Positions 9,497 through 16,794 of a DNA stretch of 30,786 nt are shown here, piece by piece. The position numbers and the translations under genes are program-made. This stretch comes from an uncultured virus (IMG/VR IMGVR_UViG_3300021335_000008). Lineage: Duplodnaviria; Heunggongvirae; Uroviricota; Caudoviricetes; Demerecviridae. The stretch lies in IMG/VR virus record IMGVR_UViG_3300021335_000008; one strand, given 5' to 3'. Below the pieces are notes generated by a model, which saw only the letters and a program-made list of their open reading frames with translations, was not told the DNA's origin and made no database searches. Position 1 is the first letter of the stretch. Each line of letters starts with the position of its first letter.

Positions 9497-10066
9497 TTAT
9501 GCCTCGCTGTAAGTTAAGTTTAAATTTGCGTGATGTTGTTCATCGCGTCGAACGTACTTAATCATATCAGACAGCTTTGCTTCTGGAAGTAGATCATAGT
9601 AGTCAATCGCGATTTGTGGTGCAGGTACGTCTTGTATACGGCCTGCGTCAATTTCCCCAAGGTAATCGGTGTAGCTTTTTACAGCTTCTTCTTCAAAGTA
9701 ATGTATCATAAGATGTGCAGTTTTAGGTGCAATGAGATACAATACTAAATAGTAGTGCCAGAATATTAATTGTGCCAGTACGATGAGACCCCGCTCCAGC
9801 TTTGTAGGTTGCACTACTTCTATGAAAAACATGAGATGCTTACGTTCGTTTTCAGCTTCTGCAAGCATCTCATGAATTTTACTGCCTTGTCCTTTCTTTA
9901 GCCCGCGAAGGCTTGAAAGGTGTGTGAGCATTCCAGCAACCATCCCAGGCACGCCTGCAACAGTTTCTAGAACTATAGCTCTATGACCATACCGCTTACG
10001 AAAGAACATATCGGCAGTAAACCGAAAGAACTTTGTCATAGATTTTGCTACAATTTTATTAGACAT
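9497..10066 (-). CDS. aox: alternative oxidase (di-iron carboxylate)
   Basis: LETVAGVPGMV, EAENERKHL, EEEAV.SY and RRDE..H iron-binding motifs. Confidence 0.92.
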   Translation of the reverse strand: MSNKIVAKSMTKFFRFTADMFFRKRYGHRAIVLETVAGVPGMVAGMLTHLSSLRGLKKGQGSKIHEMLAEAENERKHLMFFIEVVQPTKLERGLIVLAQLIFWHYYLVLYLIAPKTAHLMIHYFEEEAVKSYTDYLGEIDAGRIQDVPAPQIAIDYYDLLPEAKLSDMIKYVRRDEQHHANLNLTYSEA

Positions 10067-10505
10067 TCTCAAGTCTTGTCATCAGTCGTTCGGCTCGATT
10101 CCCTACTTGTTTGTGCCATAGAGAGTCTCGACCTTGGATAGCAGCTTCTTTCCAATCTCCATGCTCAAGAGCACGGTGCATCATTTTAAATTTACTCAGG
10201 CGTGGTCGTCCTAGATTGAACATCATGTTTACAAGAATTTCTTGAACTTCTCCAGGAAATCCTTCCCAGACATCGGCTTTGTACAGTGCTACACACTCAC
10301 TTACAGCCACATCGAGATCTCGGTCAAAGCACTCTTGTACGCGCTCAACTGAGACGGGTTCTCCGACTTCATATCCGTGCTCTGGATCTGACTCAAGCAC
10401 GAGATGTCCCACTCCGAAGGTTTTGTACCCAAGATGATCCAAATAAATTTCATAGACGACTCCTTCATCAATTTTTAACTGCTCATAGACTGATTCTCTG
10501 TTCAT
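10059..10505 (-). CDS. T4-type lysozyme (GH24) endolysin
   Basis: E-x8-D-x5-T triad (DEGVVYEIYLDHLGYKTFGVGH), NMMFNLG, S.W.KQV..RA.RL. Confidence 0.9.
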   Translation of the reverse strand: MNRESVYEQLKIDEGVVYEIYLDHLGYKTFGVGHLVLESDPEHGYEVGEPVSVERVQECFDRDLDVAVSECVALYKADVWEGFPGEVQEILVNMMFNLGRPRLSKFKMMHRALEHGDWKEAAIQGRDSLWHKQVGNRAERLMTRLENV

Positions 10506-10759
10506 TCTTTATCCTTTGTTGGTTCGTTTGACGCTCTTACGAAACGCCACTCGTCCCGAGCTTTGTCGTACTCATGTATCAGATACGCCCCTCCTAGACC
10601 TAACATCAAAGCACCTTTGTGCTCATCAAAGCTCCAGTTGTATCCTGTTACGACTACTTCTTCTATGTTTTTTCTTACTGGGCGGGGGACTTCCGGTTCT
10701 TCGGAAGCAAGCGCTGACCCCGTTGCGCTTAGTAATAAAAGTACTACTATTTGTTTCAT
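10502..10759 (-). CDS. small exported protein with a TonB-box-like motif
   Basis: Signal peptide ending ALA, then IEEVVVTG; AGGA SD. Confidence 0.7.
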   Translation of the reverse strand: MKQIVVLLLLSATGSALASEEPEVPRPVRKNIEEVVVTGYNWSFDEHKGALMLGLGGAYLIHEYDKARDEWRFVRASNEPTKDKE

Positions 10760-10824
10760 TATTTCCTATGTTGCCCCTTGTGAGGGTCTGCTTTGTGGAG
10801 CAACTTGTGATAAAGGTGTTACTC

Positions 10825-10977
10825 CTAACCTTCGTCATCTACCTCCAATACTCCTTGGTCGATTAGATACTGTACTGTACCCTCGATGCCTTCTCGTCTT
10901 CCAAGATGAAAAGCAGTGCCAGCAGCACCGGCCATACAAACTCCAAACACAACAAGTGCAGTGGTAAAATCAAGCAT
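10825..10977 (-). CDS. small membrane protein (50 aa, absent from the ORF track)
   Basis: GAGGAG SD; MLDFTTALVVFGVCMAGAAG...; first gene after the promoter at 11011-11039. Confidence 0.7.
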   Translation of the reverse strand: MLDFTTALVVFGVCMAGAAGTAFHLGRREGIEGTVQYLIDQGVLEVDDEG

Positions 10978-11010
10978 ACGAATCTCCTCGGTATTTTTGT
11001 AGATGCGTAT

Positions 11011-11039
11011 ATTATACTCAAAAACGGAACGGAAGTCAA
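11011..11039 (-). promoter_or_regulatory. sigma70 promoter (leftward member of a divergent pair)
   Basis: TTGACT-17-TATAAT. Confidence 0.8.
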
Positions 11040-11104
11040 GAAATTTTTTCGGTTATGTCACTTATAACTGCGACTTATATCTTGCTACCAAAGAAAAATA
11101 CTTC

Positions 11105-11133
11105 TTGACTTTCAATGAAAGATCCCCTATAAT
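11105..11133 (+). promoter_or_regulatory. sigma70 promoter (rightward member of a divergent pair)
   Basis: TTGACT-17-TATAAT, ATG 7 nt downstream. Confidence 0.8.
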
Positions 11134-11140
11134 ATACAAC

Positions 11141-11326
11141 ATGAAAGAATATCAGAAGAAACCTTGGACAATGAATGAGCGTAACTTGCTCCGCAATCAT
11201 TATTATCTTAAAAATGAAGAAGAGCTGCTCGAGATGTTTCCAGAACGTACTCTGAATAGTATTCGTAAACAAGTGAGCTACTTACGCAAACGTGGGTGGT
11301 GTTTTATTCGCAAAGGAGCAATTTAA
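11141..11326 (+). CDS. small Myb/SANT-like HTH protein
   Basis: WT..E..LL..HY......L..MFP.RT..SIR.....L pattern. Confidence 0.6.
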   Translation: MKEYQKKPWTMNERNLLRNHYYLKNEEELLEMFPERTLNSIRKQVSYLRKRGWCFIRKGAI

Positions 11327-11562
11327 TGGCAAAGAAGAAAAGAATGGGTAAGTCTAACTACACAAGCCAAGGTCTGCGTCGAAGCAGTACAGGCTGTCGT
11401 ATGCTTACTCCAATGCAACGTCTACGCAACCAGCAAGAAGCATGGTTGAAAGGCAAGCGCGTAATGCTAGTCATTGACGCTGCTGGTAACAAGGCAGAAG
11501 CTCAAGCTGTATGGGGTTTACCTCCCATGCTTCGTAAAAAGGAAAGTAATGCCGAAAGTTAA
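11326..11562 (+). CDS. basic hypothetical protein
   Basis: AGGAG SD; TAATG coupling with the upstream gene. Confidence 0.65.
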   Translation: MAKKKRMGKSNYTSQGLRRSSTGCRMLTPMQRLRNQQEAWLKGKRVMLVIDAAGNKAEAQAVWGLPPMLRKKESNAES

Positions 11563-11740
11563 GGTAAGAAACAATAACGTAGAGAGCGCACTGCGTGTGT
11601 TTAAAAAGAAATGCGCTGACATCGTGTGGGAGTATAGACAGCGTGAGCACTATGTTCCCAAATCAGAACAACGGCGGTTAGCTAAAAAAGCCGCCATCGC
11701 TAGAGGTAAGAGGAAGAAAAATGATACCAAGCAATTTTGA
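11549..11740 (+). CDS. rpsU: ribosomal protein bS21 homologue
   Basis: MPKVKVR.NNVESALRVFKKKC.....EYRQREHY.PKSEQRR.AKKAA.AR matches bS21. Confidence 0.9.
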   Translation: MPKVKVRNNNVESALRVFKKKCADIVWEYRQREHYVPKSEQRRLAKKAAIARGKRKKNDTKQF

Positions 11741-12104
11741 ACTTGCAGGCGATTTCATGGAAGCCTTTGGTCAGGAAGTACAAGTTCACCCGACTTGGCC
11801 TGACTTTAGTACTCGTGAGCTACGCCTTGAGTTGATTCGAGAAGAATATGAAGAACTGGAAGAAGCTATTGAAAATCGTGACCTCGTGGAGGTTGCCGAC
11901 GCTCTTACAGATTTGTTATACGTTATCTATGGGGCTGGTCATGCATTTGGCATTGACCTTGATGAATGTTATCTTGAAGTTCACCGGAGTAATATGAGTA
12001 AGCTCGGTGAAGATGGCAGACCTATCAAAAGAGAAGACGGCAAAGTTATCAAGGGGCCAAACTTTTTTGAACCAAACTTAAAAGATATTCTAGTAGAAGC
12101 CTAA
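11721..12104 (+). CDS. MazG-like / PRA-PH NTP pyrophosphohydrolase
   Basis: LIREEYEEL, EVADALTDLLYV, VHRSNMSK, DGKVIKGPNF motifs. Confidence 0.85.
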   Translation: MIPSNFELAGDFMEAFGQEVQVHPTWPDFSTRELRLELIREEYEELEEAIENRDLVEVADALTDLLYVIYGAGHAFGIDLDECYLEVHRSNMSKLGEDGRPIKREDGKVIKGPNFFEPNLKDILVEA

Positions 12105-12105
12105 T

Positions 12106-12246
12106 ATGGATATAGGTCTACTCGGATTGCTCGCAATCTTTATGTGTCCAATGGTATTTGGTGGAATCACCATGTACTATTCACACGAAGCTATACACAA
12201 ACAAACCGTCGAGAGGTGGAAAAAGCAATGTACTCAGATAAAGTAA
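12106..12246 (+). CDS. small membrane protein (46 aa)
   Basis: MDIGLLGLLAIFMCPMVFGG... fills the gap before iscU. Confidence 0.5.
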   Translation: MDIGLLGLLAIFMCPMVFGGITMYYSHEAIHKQTVERWKKQCTQIK

Positions 12247-12602
12247 TTGATCACTATGAAAATCCTCGCAATGTTGGAAAGATGAATAGAGAGGATAAGG
12301 ATGTTGGTACAGGTATGGTGGGAGCACCTGCCTGTGGTGATGTCATGCAACTCCAGATAAGAGTGGAGGATGGAATCATTGAAGACGCGAAGTTTAAAAC
12401 TTACGGCTGTGGGAGTGCTATTGCTTCTAGTTCTTTACTCACCGAGTGGGTCAAAGGAAAAAGTCTTGAAGAAGCCGGGCGAATCAGTAATACAGACATC
12501 GCACGAGAACTTACACTACCTCCAGTAAAAATACATTGTAGTGTACTGGCAGAAGATGCTATAAAGGCAGCAATTGAAGATTATAATAAAAAGGGAGCAT
12601 GA
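12228..12602 (+). CDS. iscU: Fe-S cluster scaffold IscU
   Basis: YSDKVIDHYENPRNVG, GAPACGD, TYGCGSA and LPPVKIHC motifs. Confidence 0.97.
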   Translation: MYSDKVIDHYENPRNVGKMNREDKDVGTGMVGAPACGDVMQLQIRVEDGIIEDAKFKTYGCGSAIASSSLLTEWVKGKSLEEAGRISNTDIARELTLPPVKIHCSVLAEDAIKAAIEDYNKKGA

Positions 12603-12612
12603 AGCTCCCTTT
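12588..12612. terminator. bidirectional intrinsic terminator between convergent genes
   Basis: AAAAAGGGAGC-ATGAA-GCTCCCTTT. Confidence 0.8.
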
Positions 12613-12615
12613 CGT

Positions 12616-12852
12616 TTATGTGATAAATACAGCTTTTTTGATCTCACATTTATGTGTTTTCTTCCGTGTTTTGAGTATCACGGTTGATCCCTTCTCTGGC
12701 CGCCCTCGTACTTGAATGGCCGTAGGTCTACTTGTAGTCGTGCAGCTTGTAACAAGCGCGTACGTTTTTCCTTGTTTTTCGACTACCACAATCTCCTGAG
12801 AATATACATTAAATGACAGCAACAAGGCCGCCATACCTATTAGATATTTCAT
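12616..12852 (-). CDS. small exported protein
   Basis: Signal peptide MKYLIGMAALLLSFNVYS, two Cys, AGGAG SD. Confidence 0.7.
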   Translation of the reverse strand: MKYLIGMAALLLSFNVYSQEIVVVEKQGKTYALVTSCTTTSRPTAIQVRGRPEKGSTVILKTRKKTHKCEIKKAVFIT

Positions 12853-12860
12853 TGTATTCT

Positions 12861-12897
12861 CCTATCGTCTCACGACGATCTCTATCGCTTCACAGCG
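12861..12897 (-). promoter_or_regulatory. tandem GUGA-tetraloop hairpins in a 5' leader
   Basis: CGCT-GTGA-AGCG-ATAG and ATCGTC-GTGA-GACGAT-AG, abutting the SD. Confidence 0.55.
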
Positions 12898-12930
12898 TAT
12901 GAATTTAAAACAGTACTCGACTGTAATAAT

Positions 12931-12960
12931 ATTGTAACATTTACTACCAATTTTTGTCAA
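12931..12960 (-). promoter_or_regulatory. sigma70 promoter with extended -10
   Basis: TTGACA-18-TACAAT with TG upstream of the -10. Confidence 0.6.
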
Positions 12961-13190
12961 GGATTATTTTCGGGAGGTATTGGTGGTTCATACCAGGATG
13001 GGTAAATTGATAGAGTTGCGTTTTCTCCATCCCACTCGCAAACAACTTCTCGACTTCCTACTTTATATACATAAACACGGTAGGGACTTGTCATAAGCCC
13101 TCCACCGTATTGAAACTCTATATTTGCACCGCCAAAACGATTCCATGACTCATCTATTAAGTCTGCGCAAGTTGCCCATGCTTCACTCAT
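12957..13190 (-). CDS. hypothetical protein
   Basis: ORF track; start moved to MSEAW. Confidence 0.55.
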   Translation of the reverse strand: MSEAWATCADLIDESWNRFGGANIEFQYGGGLMTSPYRVYVYKVGSREVVCEWDGENATLSIYPSWYEPPIPPENNP

Positions 13191-13389
13191 ATCCGCTCCG
13201 ACCCCGCCGCATCTTTTCATTTCTCTGCACTTCTTTTGTGTGCATCATGTCTGAAGCCTTGTACGGCCATACCCAAGGTAATAGTCCGTGTACTATCATT
13301 ACAAATCCTACACTCCAGGCAAACCATAGATGTTCGAAGTATCCTTCCTGTATCCACTCTAAATGTTTTATTCTTAATCTACTGGCCAT
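13183..13389 (-). CDS. small membrane protein (DUF6356-like)
   Basis: HL.....YFEH..FA......IVHG..P...YKAS pattern. Confidence 0.55.
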   Translation of the reverse strand: MASRLRIKHLEWIQEGYFEHLWFAWSVGFVMIVHGLLPWVWPYKASDMMHTKEVQRNEKMRRGRSGYE

Positions 13390-13535
13390 TCTATTATCTC
13401 CCACTCACCTTCGTAGTACATTCCACTTTCCATGACGTACTCATAGGCTGCTTCGTAGCTTTCGAACGGTTGAGTAGCATCTACTTCGCCATTCAACTCG
13501 ATATAGTACACAAAGTCTGTATGTAGTTTATTCAT
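13374..13535 (-). CDS. small acidic hypothetical protein (53 aa)
   Basis: GGAGG SD; MNKLHTDFVYYIELNGE... Confidence 0.6.
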   Translation of the reverse strand: MNKLHTDFVYYIELNGEVDATQPFESYEAAYEYVMESGMYYEGEWEIIEWPVD

Positions 13536-13600
13536 CACCTTCGCCTCCCACTACAAGCCAAAGGCAAACCATTACTGTCGCTATTATAATAAATGCAAAT

Positions 13601-13939
13601 TCAAACACCTGCCCACTCCTTCATAATTGCTACGGTGAGCATAAACCAGCTAACCGTGTTTAACATAATCAGTGCTCGGTCTCTCCAAATCACTGATACC
13701 CAAATCCATAGAACTATACCGATCCAGCCCAAGTAAAGGTCATACATTCGGTACTCTACACCAGCTGCACGCATCATCAACGATGCCATCACAAACATAC
13801 TGGCTACCCACTTTAGATACCACTGAAAATCCTCAGTATACCAATTTCTATCCGGCTTTGAAACGCCCATAGCACGAACCATGGGATTTCCAACGCCTTT
13901 ATTTCCTTCATTTTTCAACTTCACTCTCCAATAATACAC
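13601..13939 (-). CDS. membrane protein with about three TM helices
   Basis: WYLKWVAS...W.WVS..WRDRALIMLN hydrophobic segments; start codon uncertain. Confidence 0.65.
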   Translation of the reverse strand: MYYWRVKLKNEGNKGVGNPMVRAMGVSKPDRNWYTEDFQWYLKWVASMFVMASLMMRAAGVEYRMYDLYLGWIGIVLWIWVSVIWRDRALIMLNTVSWFMLTVAIMKEWAGV

Positions 13940-14039
13940 TTTTTTTCGTGCAAGTCATCCCGTTCTCTAACTTTCAACTATATACCTACGCATAAAAATG
14001 TCTTTTCTTATGCCAAAAAGTGTGGTAAAATATATCATA

Positions 14040-14290
14040 AATTGATAGACAATAAGGTCTATTCGTACTTTCCACCAACCAACAGCGTAGGAAGTATCGT
14101 TGTAGTAATTACTGCGTTTAGAGTTGAAGGCGTTAGCCTTTCCACTCGATACCCAGTATATTACAAATAGCTACTTTCAAGCTGTATTCAATCCCACTTC
14201 TAATTGACTAACAATCATGGTGTCAATTACGACCAACTAAAGTGACCCCGATAATCAAATAACAATAATACGGGTTCACAACATTTAAAC
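14040..14290 (+). ncRNA. candidate structured ncRNA (six consecutive hairpins)
   Basis: ORF-free interval with back-to-back stems; G-U pairs fit the + strand; extended -10 TGgTAAAAT at 14023-14031. Confidence 0.5.
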
Positions 14291-14372
14291 TACTTTACTA
14301 AAAATTCGTCTCACTTTCGTACAATTCTGTCCGCTTCGCGATTGTTAAAACCCCGTAAAAGTACGTACAAAT

Positions 14373-14519
14373 CTAAAGTAATTTTCTTCTAATTCCTTCA
14401 AATATCATGTAAAAGGGATAGATTATCGCCCCTAGAGCTGCAATTCCTGCTAGTACTAAGAACATACCAGCCATACCCCAGACGAGCCACATTGCTATCG
14501 TAGGAAGTATATCAATCAC
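14373..14519 (-). CDS. small membrane protein (48 aa)
   Basis: GTG start overlapping the upstream gene; long hydrophobic stretch followed by RRK. Confidence 0.55.
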   Translation of the reverse strand: MIDILPTIAMWLVWGMAGMFLVLAGIAALGAIIYPFYMIFEGIRRKLL

Positions 14520-14709
14520 GTTGTGACCCCGCTACTGCTTTTCGCCAAGCAATGGTGAATTGCTCTTCCGCTTTACTACTTGCAAAATGTATAGTATTTG
14601 TGTAGGGATCTAATCTACAGGGAACGTCTTCTAATTCACAGATCGCAGCAGCACGTCCAAACAACGGGGTCGATGCAAATTGTGTACTTGGCCCGTAGTA
14701 TTCCATCAC
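14512..14709 (-). CDS. hypothetical protein
   Basis: GGAGG SD; coupled to the upstream gene. Confidence 0.6.
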   Translation of the reverse strand: MMEYYGPSTQFASTPLFGRAAAICELEDVPCRLDPYTNTIHFASSKAEEQFTIAWRKAVAGSQRD

Positions 14710-15050
14710 AGACCTCCTGGGTAGTTCTCAAATTGCTCTAACCCCGCCACTGCTTTTTCCAAGTTTCGTAATGCTGTTTTGGGACTTTTCTCCAAGCCAG
14801 CCAAAGACGCAATTTCAAGTCCAAGACTTTCAGCGATATTATTAACGATTTCCACTTTCGTGATAGGACTTTCACCAGTCTTTGATACATACACTTCTCT
14901 CCTGTATACGCCTTCTCTGCTGAGCTTGCCGATTATTGATTTTGTACTACGTCCTAGCTCTTCTGCTAGTTTATCTACTGTTTCTCTTGTAGGTTCTAAC
15001 ATATACGCTGCGACCATTGCATCGGTCTGCTGTTCAGTATAGTTCGACAT
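14706..15050 (-). CDS. T5 A2-like DNA-binding protein, paralogue 1
   Basis: MSNYT...EPTRETVDKLA...KSIIGKLSREGVY...TK.E.V...LAGLEK; GAGG SD. Confidence 0.7.
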   Translation of the reverse strand: MSNYTEQQTDAMVAAYMLEPTRETVDKLAEELGRSTKSIIGKLSREGVYRREVYVSKTGESPITKVEIVNNIAESLGLEIASLAGLEKSPKTALRNLEKAVAGLEQFENYPGGL

Positions 15051-15222
15051 TCTTGTGCTTCCTCTTTCTGTTGTATTTAGTTTTGTCTTGGTGTACGGAT
15101 GGACGATTGAAATTGTACTTCGCCACGGGGTTGGCAGCGAGTCGCTCACACTGCCCATTACAGTACCATACATCTAGTACTGCATTAAACTCTTTCCCGC
15201 ACTTTCTACACTTCCGTTTCAT
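15034..15222 (-). CDS. small Cys-motif basic protein
   Basis: CRKC...CNGQC; C-terminal H.DKTKYNRKRKHK. Confidence 0.55.
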   Translation of the reverse strand: MKRKCRKCGKEFNAVLDVWYCNGQCERLAANPVAKYNFNRPSVHQDKTKYNRKRKHKNVELY

Positions 15223-15511
15223 CTTCCTCACTCCAAGGGGTAAATATAATATCTCCTGAATCTACATCGACACCAATGCCAGATGAGTAATCTAGGTATC
15301 CTACTTCTACGTTTTCTACTCCGCCTAAAGCGTGCGCGTATCGACGTAAATAGATATTGTACTCTGCTTCAAGTGTAGCAGCTTTTTCTTCTATTTTATC
15401 AACGAGTGCAAACGCTTTGTTTAAATTTTCATACAGCTCATCCAGCTCTGCCTTTCTTTCGTCAAGCTGATTCTGTATGGACTTATCTTCTGGAAATTTC
15501 AATATACTCAT
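15206..15511 (-). CDS. coiled-coil hypothetical protein
   Basis: GGAG SD; follows the promoter at 15536-15564. Confidence 0.65.
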   Translation of the reverse strand: MSILKFPEDKSIQNQLDERKAELDELYENLNKAFALVDKIEEKAATLEAEYNIYLRRYAHALGGVENVEVGYLDYSSGIGVDVDSGDIIFTPWSEEDETEV

Positions 15512-15535
15512 GTACTTTCTCCCATTTGAGTAATA

Positions 15536-15564
15536 ATTATACAGGTTCTGAGAAAAAATGTCAA
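15536..15564 (-). promoter_or_regulatory. sigma70 promoter
   Basis: TTGACA-17-TATAAT. Confidence 0.8.
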
Positions 15565-15589
15565 GATATTTTTTAGGTGAGGTAGGCAT

Positions 15590-15612
15590 AAAAAAGCCCG
15601 TATAAAACGGGC
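15590..15612 (-). terminator. intrinsic terminator
   Basis: GCCCGT-TTTAT-ACGGGC-TTTTTT. Confidence 0.8.
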
Positions 15613-15814
15613 AACGGACTTGCTATGTCGAATAAGTGTGGAAGCCCCAACCATGCTCTACCCACTGTCCGCAACAAGGATCTGTTTTCGAGCCAATCCT
15701 AAAAACGCACGCATACACTCATTACACCGGATAGTATGAACGGCGACGCAGCGTAGTTAGTAAAAGTTAGAGCAAATCGGCTCGTTTTATTACTACTATA
15801 GCCCGCGATTTAAG
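15590..15814 (-). ncRNA. candidate structured ncRNA of about 225 nt
   Basis: Bounded by its own promoter and terminator, no credible ORF, several long G-U-containing stems. Confidence 0.6.
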
Positions 15815-15819
15815 TAGAT

Positions 15820-15849
15820 ATTATACTCGCTGTGAGCATCAAAAGTCAA
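15820..15849 (-). promoter_or_regulatory. sigma70 promoter of the candidate ncRNA
   Basis: TTGACT-18-TATAAT. Confidence 0.75.
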
Positions 15850-16034
15850 GAATTATTTTTCGCAACTTCTGAAATGGTTTCCCAGCGTTTGTGTCCAGTA
15901 TCGTAGGAATTGTACTCTATAACCAACGCATCCGAGTTCATATGTAGAACTGGAGCGGGGTCTAAGCGTGCTCTGCTAAAGTGCAAAGCAATTCGGTTAG
16001 ATACTGTCTTCGGGTCGTCTTGTAGGGCACACAT
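15846..16034 (-). CDS. hypothetical protein
   Basis: Start moved to MCALQ, which has a GGAG/AAGGA SD. Confidence 0.5.
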   Translation of the reverse strand: MCALQDDPKTVSNRIALHFSRARLDPAPVLHMNSDALVIEYNSYDTGHKRWETISEVAKNNS

Positions 16035-16209
16035 AGATATCCTTCTCCTCCCAGGTGATGTCGAATCCTTTTCCATGAATAGGGCGTCGTGCATATATTC
16101 GTCCTCCTTGTGTAGCTTCCATCACTACATCGCATTTACCCCAGCCGGGGTTTTCCCATAAAAATACATCAAGGTGATGCCGTAAACTGTCTACTGATAC
16201 TCTCACCAA
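15997..16209 (-). CDS. hypothetical protein
   Basis: ORF track; coupled to the upstream gene. Confidence 0.55.
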   Translation of the reverse strand: MVRVSVDSLRHHLDVFLWENPGWGKCDVVMEATQGGRIYARRPIHGKGFDITWEEKDIYVCPTRRPEDSI

Positions 16210-16385
16210 ATCAACCCCTCATCTTGCATATCGAATAATATACGTTGTACTTGAAGTTCATCAAATGCCCACTCATATTCTAACTCTTTGCGAATGCCAC
16301 CAACAAACACCATGTTCTGGCCTGTAGCAAGAGTAGAAGTGTGACGGTCAACGACCGCCACCATTTCGTGTCGTGATAACAACAT
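16203..16385 (-). CDS. hypothetical protein
   Basis: TAATG coupling with the A2-like gene. Confidence 0.6.
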   Translation of the reverse strand: MLLSRHEMVAVVDRHTSTLATGQNMVFVGGIRKELEYEWAFDELQVQRILFDMQDEGLIW

Positions 16386-16708
16386 TAGCCCACCAACGCG
16401 TCGATCATGAACTGAAGGTCAACCTTAGTCATTTTGTTGAGCGAAGGTAGCTCGCGACCGATAGCATTTTGTACCTGTGCTACCAGCTCAGCCTTCATTA
16501 CGACAGGCTCGCCACGCTTGGTTACGCGCTCAACTTTCTGGTATACACCGAGTGCAGAGAGCTTAGCAATGACAGAACGCTCAGTCTTGTTGAGGCGTGC
16601 AGCCAGGGCGTTGACAGTCTCACGAGTTGGCTCGAGAGTGTACTCGTCAGTGATGATTGTGATGTCCGCGTCAGAATAGTTCGCGCTTGATTTTGCAGTT
16701 ACGTCCAT
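16385..16708 (-). CDS. T5 A2-like DNA-binding protein, paralogue 2
   Basis: NYS...EPTRETVNALA...RSVIAKLSALGVYQK...KAELV...LPSLNK; GGGAG SD. Confidence 0.7.
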   Translation of the reverse strand: MDVTAKSSANYSDADITIITDEYTLEPTRETVNALAARLNKTERSVIAKLSALGVYQKVERVTKRGEPVVMKAELVAQVQNAIGRELPSLNKMTKVDLQFMIDALVG

Positions 16709-16754
16709 AATATTTTCTCCCAAAAATTTGTTTGTGTTCCGATTCAATATAGTA

Positions 16755-16783
16755 ATTATACTACTGAGGGGCAGGAATGTCAA
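16755..16783 (-). promoter_or_regulatory. sigma70 promoter
   Basis: TTGACA-17-TATAAT. Confidence 0.8.
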
Positions 16784-16794
16784 GAAGTTTTTTA

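Noticed and set aside
11003..11140. N-terminal extensions in the ORF track (also ORFs starting at 12144, 15173, 15589 and 16807)
   Set aside because: They span promoters or other genes; downstream starts fit SD or TSS positions better
7091..12602. Bacterial contamination or a prophage boundary
   Set aside because: The metabolic genes are interleaved with phage genes, translationally coupled and use the same promoter style; no integrase or att site is seen
12864..12879. 23S rRNA fragment (GTCGTGAGAC resembles helix 93)
   Set aside because: Only about 10 nt match, which a common GNRA hairpin explains
15625..15670. tRNA or tmRNA (CAGTGGGTAGAGCA, GGGGCT, ATTCGAC fragments)
   Set aside because: No cloverleaf, acceptor stem, CCA end or tag reading frame could be built
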